Positions 1 through 8,153 of a DNA stretch of 64,000 bases are shown piece after piece. The notes beneath the pieces were generated by a model. That model searched no databases. It was not told the DNA's origin and saw only the letters and a program-made list of their open reading frames with translations. The translations under genes were made by a program, and so were the position numbers. Each line of letters opens with the position of its first letter. Positions within the stretch are counted from its first letter, which is position 1. Source of the stretch: Planctomycetota bacterium (GTDB lineage: Bacteria; Planctomycetota; GCA-002687715; CAIWVZ01); NCBI GenBank assembly GCA_044222185.1, contig JBGANV010000005.1, forward strand, positions 256,001 to 320,000, in the 5' to 3' direction.

Positions 1-86
1 AGCGGTCGGCCGGACTCCCAGACGGAGAATCGGCCCTCGGCGTTGACGACCACCACGTAAGTCGGGCTCGAGTCTCTCGGGTTCAT
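1..86 (-). CDS. mbtH: MbtH-like protein (NRPS adenylation-domain accessory), runs off the left edge
   Basis: Not in the ORF track. Reverse complement from ATG at 86 reads MNPRDSSPTYVVVVNAEGRFSVWESGRP, matching the MbtH N-terminal pattern Y-x-V-x-V-N-x-E-G-x-(Y/F)-S-x-W. Confidence 0.8.
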   Translation of the reverse strand, partial: MNPRDSSPTYVVVVNAEGRFSVWESGRP

Positions 87-101
87 CGGCTGTGTGCGTT
101 C

Positions 102-1976
102 ATGTCGACGGCGCGCGACGAAGTCGCTGCAAAGTGCCCTGCCATGCGGCCGGATCAAGTCAGCGAGGAGGACCGGGCGATCAAGGACAGCACGCACGCT
201 GGACGGCGGCGCGCTCGCGAGGGCCGAGAGTCTACCAGCCCGGTTTCGGGCCGTCCAAGCGCGCCGTCCTCGTGCGCAACCGGTCGCCCGGCCGGCCGTG
301 ACACCCTTGATTGCGATGGCGCGCCGCACAGACTTCGGGATCGTCGCGGCCGCAGTCGCTCGGCGCCACGTGAAGAGACTCGTCGAGTCGTGTTCAAGAA
401 CGTCGGATCGAACTGGGTCGTGAACATCGTGACCTTGGTGGTGACGTTCGTCGTCACTCCCAAGATCACGAAATGGCTGGGCGTCGAAGTCAACGGCGTC
501 TGGACGGTCGTCGTCAACCTGACCGGGTACCTGACGCTTCTGGTCGTCGGCGTACCGATGGCGTCCGTTCGCTACCTGACGGAACGGATCACCCAGTGGG
601 AGCTGGCCAAGAAGGCCGGCGATGAGGCGGCGACACGCGACCGGCTCGAAGCCGTCAACAGCACGATCGCCAATTGCGTCGGGCTCTACCTGAGGCTGGG
701 CCTCCTCGGGTGCCTCGCGGGCTGCGTGCTCTACGGCATCCACGAGGCCGTCTACGTGCCGGTCTACGTCGCGAAGAGCCATCTCGCGGATTCCACGATC
801 GCCGATGCTCGCGTCGCCTTCGCCGTCGTCGTCGTGCAACTCATCGGCGCGTTCATGAGCCAGGTCCCGATCGCCATCCTCGCGGCGAACCGGGACTTCG
901 TGTTCCGCAACTTCGTGGCGATCGGCTCGATCCTCCTCAGATTGGTGCTGGTCCTGACGGTCTTTCGCGCCTACCCCTCGCTGCTCACGCTCGCGACCAT
1001 CCAGCTGACGCTCCTCGTCTTCGATTACTTCGTTTCGATCGCGATCATCCGGTCCAGGCATCCCGGCCTTCGCATCGGGCTTCGCGGCTACGACCGGGCA
1101 GGCGTCAGGCAGATCCTCGGCTTCAGCGTCTTCGTCCTCCTGCTCCAACTGGGCAACAAGCTCGCGTTCAGCACCGATGCGCTCATCATCGGTGCATTCG
1201 TGGACAACATCTCCGCTGCGACGACGTTCGAGTACGGCAAGCTCTCCGTGCTCCAGTTCAGCGAGTTCGTGTTCGCCATCGGCGTCGTGCTGAACCCCAC
1301 GGCGACGCGGCTGAAGACCCAGGGAAACATGGACGAGCTGCGCGAGACGTTCCTGAAGTGGTCGAAAATCGGCCTCTCCGTGACGCTCATGGGCGGCCTC
1401 TATCTCGTCGCCTTCGGTGACGAGTTCCTGCGCGCCTGGGTGGACGCTCGCGACTTCGATTGGGAGGGCGCGGGGGCGATCCAAGTCGTATTCATGGTGT
1501 CCCATTTCGCGTTCCTCCCCGCCCGAGGAATCGCCATGCCGATCCTGATGGGTCTGGGACATGCCAAACGGCCCACGGTGGCGTTCCTCGCGTGTGCCGT
1601 CATCAACCTCCTGCTCAGCCTCGCGCTCGTGAAGCCATTCGGCCTCCTGGGCGTCGCGCTGGGCACGGCGATCCCGGACGTTATGTTCGCCGTGTTTCTA
1701 CTGCGCGAGGTCTTCGGCATGCTGCGGGTTCAGACCGCCGAGTACATCCAATACGTGGCCGTGAAGGCCGCCATCGGCTCCGCCCTGCTTCTATCGGCGC
1801 TCTATCTCGCGAAACCGCTGGTCGTCGGGAAGTCACTCACCGGCATGGTGCTGGCCGGTGTCGTCTACACGCTCGCGTTCGGCCTCGTCTGGGTCTCGTT
1901 CGTGTATCGCGGCGACTCCCGCCTCGACCTGTGGGGCATGATCCGCGGCAGGCTCGACGGGAGGCGCAGATCGTGA
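102..1976 (+). CDS. Wzx-like oligosaccharide flippase / polysaccharide biosynthesis protein (MOP superfamily)
   Basis: Many TM segments; start pattern FKNVGSNWVVNIVTLVVTFVVTP..LG...GVW; STDALIIGAF; FGLLGVALGT. The first ~95 codons of the ORF look non-coding, so the true start may be GTG at 390. Confidence 0.85.
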   Translation: MSTARDEVAAKCPAMRPDQVSEEDRAIKDSTHAGRRRAREGRESTSPVSGRPSAPSSCATGRPAGRDTLDCDGAPHRLRDRRGRSRSAPREETRRVVFKNVGSNWVVNIVTLVVTFVVTPKITKWLGVEVNGVWTVVVNLTGYLTLLVVGVPMASVRYLTERITQWELAKKAGDEAATRDRLEAVNSTIANCVGLYLRLGLLGCLAGCVLYGIHEAVYVPVYVAKSHLADSTIADARVAFAVVVVQLIGAFMSQVPIAILAANRDFVFRNFVAIGSILLRLVLVLTVFRAYPSLLTLATIQLTLLVFDYFVSIAIIRSRHPGLRIGLRGYDRAGVRQILGFSVFVLLLQLGNKLAFSTDALIIGAFVDNISAATTFEYGKLSVLQFSEFVFAIGVVLNPTATRLKTQGNMDELRETFLKWSKIGLSVTLMGGLYLVAFGDEFLRAWVDARDFDWEGAGAIQVVFMVSHFAFLPARGIAMPILMGLGHAKRPTVAFLACAVINLLLSLALVKPFGLLGVALGTAIPDVMFAVFLLREVFGMLRVQTAEYIQYVAVKAAIGSALLLSALYLAKPLVVGKSLTGMVLAGVVYTLAFGLVWVSFVYRGDSRLDLWGMIRGRLDGRRRS

Positions 1977-3154
1977 ACGTGCTGCTCTGGCTCGCGGGTG
2001 TCGGCGCCGCCGGCGTCCTCGCGGAACTCCTCCTGCGGATTCTCAGACGGCGATTCGTCGTTCCTGCCGTTTGTCAGCCCGGATTGCGCGAGCACCTGGC
2101 CGTCGTGCAGGAGGAACTGGCGACCCAGGGCTCCACCGTCCGGTTCGAAGTCAACCGGCTCGGAGAACGCGGCGCCGATCCGCCGTCGGACGGGGCCGAC
2201 GCATTTCGGATCCTCGTCTGCGGAGGCAGCGCCGCCGAGTGCTTCACACTCGACCAGCCTCAGACGTGGCCGGAGATCGCGAAGCGCCACCTGCAGACCG
2301 CGGAGTCGCTGCGCACGCTGGGCCGACGGCTCGTTCACCTGGGCAACGTGGCCCGGTCACTGGCTCTCCCGAGCTTCGTCGAGCAGATCCTGCTGAAGAT
2401 CGCGCCGCGATATCGCAACCTCGACCTCATCGTCATCATGACCGGCGCGAGCAACACGGCCATGTGGCTCGCCAACGGCGCCCCGGCCGCCGTCGAGGCC
2501 CGCCCCGCTCTGCCGGACAACCTCTTCGCCGTGAATCCCGACGGGCCTTACAAGTGGACGATCCGAGGGTCGGCCCTGTACCAGACGATCTACGGGCTGT
2601 GGTGCCTCCTCTTCCGCCCGATCAAGCGGGGACGCGTGGGTCGAACGATCGGCGCGTCGCGCAAGATGCGCGCGACGACGAAGTCGATACTCACGACGAT
2701 CCCCGACCCCCGTCCGATGCTCGACCAGTTCGACTCGGGATTCAGAAGTCTCATCGCCACGGCCAGGCGCATGGCCAGGCGCGTGCTCGTCGTCCGCCAG
2801 CCATGGTTCGACAAAGACGAGTTTTCGCCGCAGGAGCAGGCGGCGTTCTGGCACGGAGCGGCCGGTCATCCGCACCTGGGGTCCGTGGAGGCGTTCTACT
2901 CCTTCGAGATCGTCACCCGCCTCGTCCGTCTCGTCGATCGCCGCGCCGCCGAGATCGCCGACGAACTGGGCGTCGAGCAGATCGACCTTCTGCCCAGCCT
3001 CGAGCCCACGCTCGCGAACTTCTACGACTTCTGGCACTTCACACCGGCGGGCGCGGAGATCGTCGGTCGCATCGTCGCGGACGAAGTGCTGCGCAAGAAC
3101 GACGCGCCATCGGTGAATCTTGCGGGTGACGCCACGGCCACACGATCTCGGTAA
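1973..3154 (+). CDS. Membrane-anchored SGNH/GDSL hydrolase family protein
   Basis: GTG at 1973 overlaps the flippase stop (GTGA). N-terminal TM; block I ILVCGGSAAEC; block V DFWHFTPAG (DxxH). Confidence 0.8.
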   Translation: MNVLLWLAGVGAAGVLAELLLRILRRRFVVPAVCQPGLREHLAVVQEELATQGSTVRFEVNRLGERGADPPSDGADAFRILVCGGSAAECFTLDQPQTWPEIAKRHLQTAESLRTLGRRLVHLGNVARSLALPSFVEQILLKIAPRYRNLDLIVIMTGASNTAMWLANGAPAAVEARPALPDNLFAVNPDGPYKWTIRGSALYQTIYGLWCLLFRPIKRGRVGRTIGASRKMRATTKSILTTIPDPRPMLDQFDSGFRSLIATARRMARRVLVVRQPWFDKDEFSPQEQAAFWHGAAGHPHLGSVEAFYSFEIVTRLVRLVDRRAAEIADELGVEQIDLLPSLEPTLANFYDFWHFTPAGAEIVGRIVADEVLRKNDAPSVNLAGDATATRSR

Positions 3155-3529
3155 GGCCGGCGGATCCCCTGTTGCGTGACGGGGACGGTCGGCCGGCACC
3201 CCGTTCGGATCGAACACGACTCCGGCGCCGGCGGACGCCGACTCCGGCGATGCCGCTCCAATCGAAGCGAGTGTCGAAGGGATGGTCCACCCGCGCCAGC
3301 TTCCCGATGACGAGGCTCGAACCGAGCCGGGCCGCGACGCTCGCGGCCGAGTGTGTGGCGATCGCGCCCGCGACGGATCGGATCTGGCGGATGCTCGCGC
3401 GCGTCGACCTGGCGTGCGATTCGCGCATCACGCTCGTGGGCCGTGGCGTCGGGCGGTAGATGCCGCCCCCTCGGGCGGTGCTCCGCGCCCACCGAGAGGC
3501 TGGCGTGTGGGGCCCAGGGCGACTCGCGC

Positions 3530-3577
3530 GGCAGGGCGCGAGCCCTGCCGGTCCGACCACGCGGAGCGTGGCGCTCC
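3530..3577 (-). repeat. REP-like double-hairpin unit
   Basis: GGCAGGGC-GCGA-GCCCTGCC, spacer, (A)CCACGC-GGA-GCGTGG-CGCTCC. Same architecture as the units at 27.7-28.0 kb and 35.9-36.4 kb. Lies between convergent genes. Confidence 0.7.
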
Positions 3578-3596
3578 GGCGTGGCCGGCGACGGGG

Positions 3597-6500
3597 TCAG
3601 AACGACCGGGTCGTCACGTTGCCGTACTCGTCCTTTGCGAGGACGTTGAACGTCGGGTCCTTCGCCGCGGGGACGTTGCGTAGCGTGACCTGGTGCGTCG
3701 TGCCGAGGGTGTTCGAGGCCTCGATCGAGTAGAGCCGACCAGCGACCGAGATCCCGTCACCACTCACCGTGATCGCGCCGATGGCAAGCTTGTCGGTGAC
3801 GAACGTGGCCGTGATCTGATCGAAGCCAGGAGCGTTCGGCTCGGGCGTGCGACGAACCACGAGGCGACGGATCTCCGGCATTCGGCTGTCGACGGGAATC
3901 GTCGGCAGCGGGAACGTGTAGTTCTGCGAGTAGATCGAGTTCCGCAGCACGAAGTAGATGTAGTCGCGCATGTCCTTGCCCGTGATCTCGGGCCGCGGGA
4001 TCGCGCCGCCGAATCCCGCCCGGATGCTGTTGGCGAGCGTGTCGTAGGCCGACTGAACCGTTCCCGTCGACGCCTGGTACAGGTAGTTCAGCGCGACGTC
4101 GTCGAACGTCGGCACCGTCCCCAGCCGCGTGTATCCGAGAGGCCCATGCAACGCGATGAACGACGGCCGCGCGTTGTACGGGAACTTCGTCACGGTGCCG
4201 GCCCAGTGGATGGCTTCGCCGTTCAGGTACGCATTCTTGTCGTTCTGCACGACGTCGACGCCGGGGATGTACCGCCGCACCAGGGCGGGGCCGGTCGAAC
4301 CCATTCCCGTGGTCAACGCCACGGACTCGTTGTCGTCGATGCAGATCGCCCACGGATAGTGACGGCCCAGGTCCGGCACGCATCCGTCGACCTTGCCGCC
4401 CGAGAACACGCCCTGCGCACCGATGAAGTTCTGGCAGTACGTGCCGTCAGCCGAGATGCGCAGGATCGACGAGTTTCCGAGGCCGCCGACGAGCGGGACG
4501 AAGATGTCGTCGACGGGACCGATGTTCCCGTTTCGGTCGACCTCGGCCCAGATCCAGTCGTTCATGTTGGTCGTCTCGAGGATGTGCGTCTTGACCAACC
4601 GGACGACGCCGGTCCCGAGGTCGATGTCCTTGACGGTCTTCGTCAGGTTCTCGCTGACGATCAGGTGCCCGAGGGAGTTCAGGCGAACCGACTGCGGATA
4701 GCGAATCCAATCGTGGATCGTCTGCGTCGGATTGGCGCCGGGGACGTTCGCCGGATACGCCGACGGGTTGACCGTGCTCTCGACCGGCTTCGTGCCGCCG
4801 TTGAGCGAACCACCGGCCACCGTGACGACGGTTCCGGCCTGCGGGCCGTTGAAGAAGATCTTGCGGATCGCGCAGTTGTTCCGGTCCGCCACGATCAGGT
4901 TGCCCTGGGCGTCGAACACGAGGCTCGTGGGACGCCAGAAGCGCGCCTGCGACAGCGGGCCATCGACGTACTTCACGGTCTGGTTCGGGAGGCCGGCGAA
5001 CGTCGTGATGCTCGGCACGCCAGTGCCGATGTTCACGAGCGCCTGCGCCGATCCGCGGAGATCGACCTTCGCGATCCGGTCGTTCAGGATGTCGGCCACG
5101 TAGATGATGTTCGGGTCCAAGGGGTCGACGGCGAGGTCGTTGCTGACCTTGAAGTACGTCCCGTTGAAGTTGCCGATCAGCTCCTTGTCCGCGGCGAACG
5201 CGGTCTGGAGCGGCAGCGCCGTGTCCGTGAACAGGTAGGGCGGCTTGATGTCGAGGTTGCCCGGGTTGCGCGTGTTCACGTATCCCGCGAGGGTGCGCAT
5301 CTGCCCCGTGGGGTAGATGTGGAAGAGGCGACCGCTGACGTCGATGCCGATGAAGCCGCGCTCCGTCGGGTGCGGCACGAACGTGGAGTACGGACTCACG
5401 GACGAATTCCCGCGCTCGCCGCAGTACCAGTCGTACCGGTCGTTCTCGGGAAGAGCGCCCTCGCTGCTGCTGGCTCCGCGGGCGTAGTGCGGGTGCACGA
5501 GGATCTTGTCACGCAGCGGATTGGACGCATTCAGCGTGTTGCGCGCCCGATAGAACCGTGGTTCGGGACGGTACAGGCCTGGGCACGCGGCGAGCAGCGG
5601 CGTGTAGACCCAATGCTGCGGGCTCCGAAGCGCGAGCCGCGTCGCCGAATCCGTCGGAAGAGGCGAGTTCACCCACTGATAGGCGTGCGGCTGGTTCAGC
5701 TGCAGATGGCCCGGGTAGTAGACCGCGTCCACGCGCTGCGAACCGAACATCTGGCGGTAGGTGGGCGCCAGCGCGGGGACCCACTGCGGCTGGTTGATGA
5801 GCGGCGGACTGGCGGTGTTCTCGACGGCGAACGGGATGATGCGCGACTGGAATCGATGCCACTGCGAATCCGCGTCCACGCATTCGACGGACATGGCGTG
5901 CGTCCCGTCGACGACGGTGTTCGTGTTGAACGTCACGTTCGTGCCCAGCGGCGCCGGGCCCGCGACCCGGGTGTCATCGACGTAGTAAGCGACCTTCACG
6001 CCGGCCGGCGGAGTGTGTGCCGCGGCGCCGCCCTTGTCGAGCAGCACGGCATTGAGGGTCATCGTGCCCGCGTACGTCCGCATGGGGATCGGGTGGTGAT
6101 TGATGACCGTTCCGACCTGCGCGACTCCGTTGAACTTCGGGATGATGAAGATGTACTCGTCGCTCTGGACCTGGTCGATCACCCTCATCTGGAAGGTGAA
6201 TTGCGACTGCCGGGCCGCGCTGTCCGTCGAGGTCAGAACGACCGTGTAGAGCCCCGCGCTTGCGCCCGAGCAGTAGCCCGAGATGTAGAAGACGTTCGTC
6301 GAGTAGGGGTTGACGGTGAGGCCGGCGGGCAGGCTCGCGGCCGCGAGCGTGCAAGCGCCCGTCGCGCCCGTCGTCGGTGTCGTCTCGACCTTCATCACGA
6401 CCTGGGGCGAGCCCTCGGACACGTCGACGACCTGGCCCGGTCGGATGTAGTCGCTGGTCGGCGCCGAGGACGACGGCTTCACGCGAATGATCGGCCCTGC

Positions 6501-7262
6501 CGTCGTCGCGCGTGCGGCCACGGTGATGGTGACGTCACGCTGGGCACTCACGCCCTGTGCATCGACGACGCGAAAGCGGAAAACGTGCGTGCCCGCGTCG
6601 CCGAGCGCGGTCCACCAGTGAAAGCGGCGCGTGTTGGGATCGAACCACGTGCGGGTGGGAAGCGCGCCTGCAACCCCGTTCACCACTTTTTGCACGGTGT
6701 ACGTATCGGTGGCGTTGGCGTTGTCATCGACCTCGAAGAACGCGCCGAAGACCTCGCCTTCGGTCACGTTGTAAGCCAAGAGCGGGCTCACGATGGTCTT
6801 GACGTTCTGCGGCGCGCCGCCGGAGGGCTGGCTACCGTTCTGGATGCGCACGGGGATTTGCGCCGTGATCGTCGTGCCGCCCGCAACGAGCACGTCGGCG
6901 CTGAGCGTGTGTGTTCCGTTCGCGAACGTTGTCGTCGCGAGGTTCGCGGAATACGGCGCGACCGTGTCGGGGGCCCCGACGGCCGTCGAATCCAGGCGGA
7001 ACTGGACGGAAGTCACGCTGAGCGTCGGTAGTACGCGAGCGCGCAGAAGCACCGTCTCCGAGAGCACCGCGCCGCTCGATGGCGCCGTGATCTCGACCGA
7101 ACCGGCGCCCTGCGGAGGCAATGACACGTTCATCGACGCGAGCGCCGCCGGAGCGAGCAGCAGCGCGATCGACGCCGTCGTGACGAGTCGAAACCGATTG
7201 CGATTGGGTTCGGCGAGCGACACGCCGTGATTCGGCGAGCCTTGGGAGTGCCTGGAGGCCAT
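3597..7262 (-). CDS. Large secreted protein: Ig-like domains, NHL-type beta-propeller, C-terminal FN3-like domain
   Basis: ATG at 7262 preceded by GAGG. Signal-like ...ASIALLLAPAALA; Big_7-like VEITAPSSGAVLS...VQFRLD...DTVAPYS...NGTHTLSA; LPAGLT Ig repeat; NHL motifs DLAVDP...IYVADILNDRI and DGPLSQARFWRPTSLVFDAQGNLIVADRNNCAIRKI. Confidence 0.8.
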   Translation of the reverse strand: MASRHSQGSPNHGVSLAEPNRNRFRLVTTASIALLLAPAALASMNVSLPPQGAGSVEITAPSSGAVLSETVLLRARVLPTLSVTSVQFRLDSTAVGAPDTVAPYSANLATTTFANGTHTLSADVLVAGGTTITAQIPVRIQNGSQPSGGAPQNVKTIVSPLLAYNVTEGEVFGAFFEVDDNANATDTYTVQKVVNGVAGALPTRTWFDPNTRRFHWWTALGDAGTHVFRFRVVDAQGVSAQRDVTITVAARATTAGPIIRVKPSSSAPTSDYIRPGQVVDVSEGSPQVVMKVETTPTTGATGACTLAAASLPAGLTVNPYSTNVFYISGYCSGASAGLYTVVLTSTDSAARQSQFTFQMRVIDQVQSDEYIFIIPKFNGVAQVGTVINHHPIPMRTYAGTMTLNAVLLDKGGAAAHTPPAGVKVAYYVDDTRVAGPAPLGTNVTFNTNTVVDGTHAMSVECVDADSQWHRFQSRIIPFAVENTASPPLINQPQWVPALAPTYRQMFGSQRVDAVYYPGHLQLNQPHAYQWVNSPLPTDSATRLALRSPQHWVYTPLLAACPGLYRPEPRFYRARNTLNASNPLRDKILVHPHYARGASSSEGALPENDRYDWYCGERGNSSVSPYSTFVPHPTERGFIGIDVSGRLFHIYPTGQMRTLAGYVNTRNPGNLDIKPPYLFTDTALPLQTAFAADKELIGNFNGTYFKVSNDLAVDPLDPNIIYVADILNDRIAKVDLRGSAQALVNIGTGVPSITTFAGLPNQTVKYVDGPLSQARFWRPTSLVFDAQGNLIVADRNNCAIRKIFFNGPQAGTVVTVAGGSLNGGTKPVESTVNPSAYPANVPGANPTQTIHDWIRYPQSVRLNSLGHLIVSENLTKTVKDIDLGTGVVRLVKTHILETTNMNDWIWAEVDRNGNIGPVDDIFVPLVGGLGNSSILRISADGTYCQNFIGAQGVFSGGKVDGCVPDLGRHYPWAICIDDNESVALTTGMGSTGPALVRRYIPGVDVVQNDKNAYLNGEAIHWAGTVTKFPYNARPSFIALHGPLGYTRLGTVPTFDDVALNYLYQASTGTVQSAYDTLANSIRAGFGGAIPRPEITGKDMRDYIYFVLRNSIYSQNYTFPLPTIPVDSRMPEIRRLVVRRTPEPNAPGFDQITATFVTDKLAIGAITVSGDGISVAGRLYSIEASNTLGTTHQVTLRNVPAAKDPTFNVLAKDEYGNVTTRSF

Positions 7263-7475
7263 GTCGGGGATCCTCGGAGAAGCTGTGGGAGGGATGCGGT
7301 GCCGCGTGCGACCGGGCCGAGCGCAGCCCGTGTCGCAAAAGTCAAAGAAACGGCACATGACGAGATGCATCGACGCTCCGAAGATCGAGCTTGAGTCCCG
7401 TACGACATGGCGGAATTCCGCCCCGCGGAGGTCTCTTCGACCCGCGGCGCCGCCCAGGCGCGGCTCGTGGCGCGA

Positions 7476-8153
7476 TCAGCGGCGCAGAAGCGCGACGCCG
7501 CAGGCGACGTGGCCGTCGCTGACGACGAAACGTGCGCGCACGATCGCATCGTGCGGCCACAGTTCCGCCGCATTCGTGGCTCGTCGCGCGGCAAACGTGC
7601 CCGCATCTTCGTCCAGCTCGACGATGACGTCCGCGAACTCGAGGAACCGTCGTGTCAGCGGGTACTGACACTTGTACACGGCTTCCTTGGCGCTGAAGAC
7701 GAGCTTGGCGAGGAGCCCACGGCGTGCGAGCGGCTGCGCCTCGAGCCAGCGGATCTCCTCCTCCGTGCAGATCGAAGGGACGAGTTTGTCGGCGAGCGCG
7801 TCCGACTGTTCCACGTCCACACCCACGGAGACGACGCCGGGGTCGTTCGACACGGCGACGACGCACCAGTCGCTCGTGTGCGAGATGCTCCCGACGATTC
7901 CCGCGGGCCACTGCGGCGCGCGGTCGGGCCCCATGGGGATCACGACGTCGCGCACGGACAGCGCGCCGAGCGCTTCGCGGGCGAGCTGGCGGCCCGCCAC
8001 GAACTCGCGCCGACGCTTTTCCACGGCGCGCGCGACCGCCAACGCCTCCTCGTCGGGCAGCGGCACTTCACCGGCCCCCGGCGCCCCCTCGGCCGTCACG
8101 ATCGGCGGCTCGAAGATCCGTGGTCCCAGAGATTCACGACGACGCTGCATCAC
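7476..8153 (-). CDS. 4'-phosphopantetheinyl transferase (EntD/Sfp-like)
   Basis: KRRREFVAGR, APQWPAGIVGSISHT, GVDVE, FSAKEAVYK motifs. Start (GTG 8153 or ATG 8150) overlaps the upstream GH3 stop. Confidence 0.93.
   Translation of the reverse strand: MMQRRRESLGPRIFEPPIVTAEGAPGAGEVPLPDEEALAVARAVEKRRREFVAGRQLAREALGALSVRDVVIPMGPDRAPQWPAGIVGSISHTSDWCVVAVSNDPGVVSVGVDVEQSDALADKLVPSICTEEEIRWLEAQPLARRGLLAKLVFSAKEAVYKCQYPLTRRFLEFADVIVELDEDAGTFAARRATNAAELWPHDAIVRARFVVSDGHVACGVALLRR

Noticed and set aside
3160-3520. RAYT/transposase remnant next to the REP-like unit
   Set aside because: No HUH motif or convincing transposase translation in any frame.
3693-7031. 1112-aa plus-strand ORF and other long antisense ORFs (15628-18015, 45434-48331, 59022-61178)
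   Set aside because: These are shadow frames of motif-bearing genes on the opposite strand, expected at this GC content, and have no recognisable motifs.
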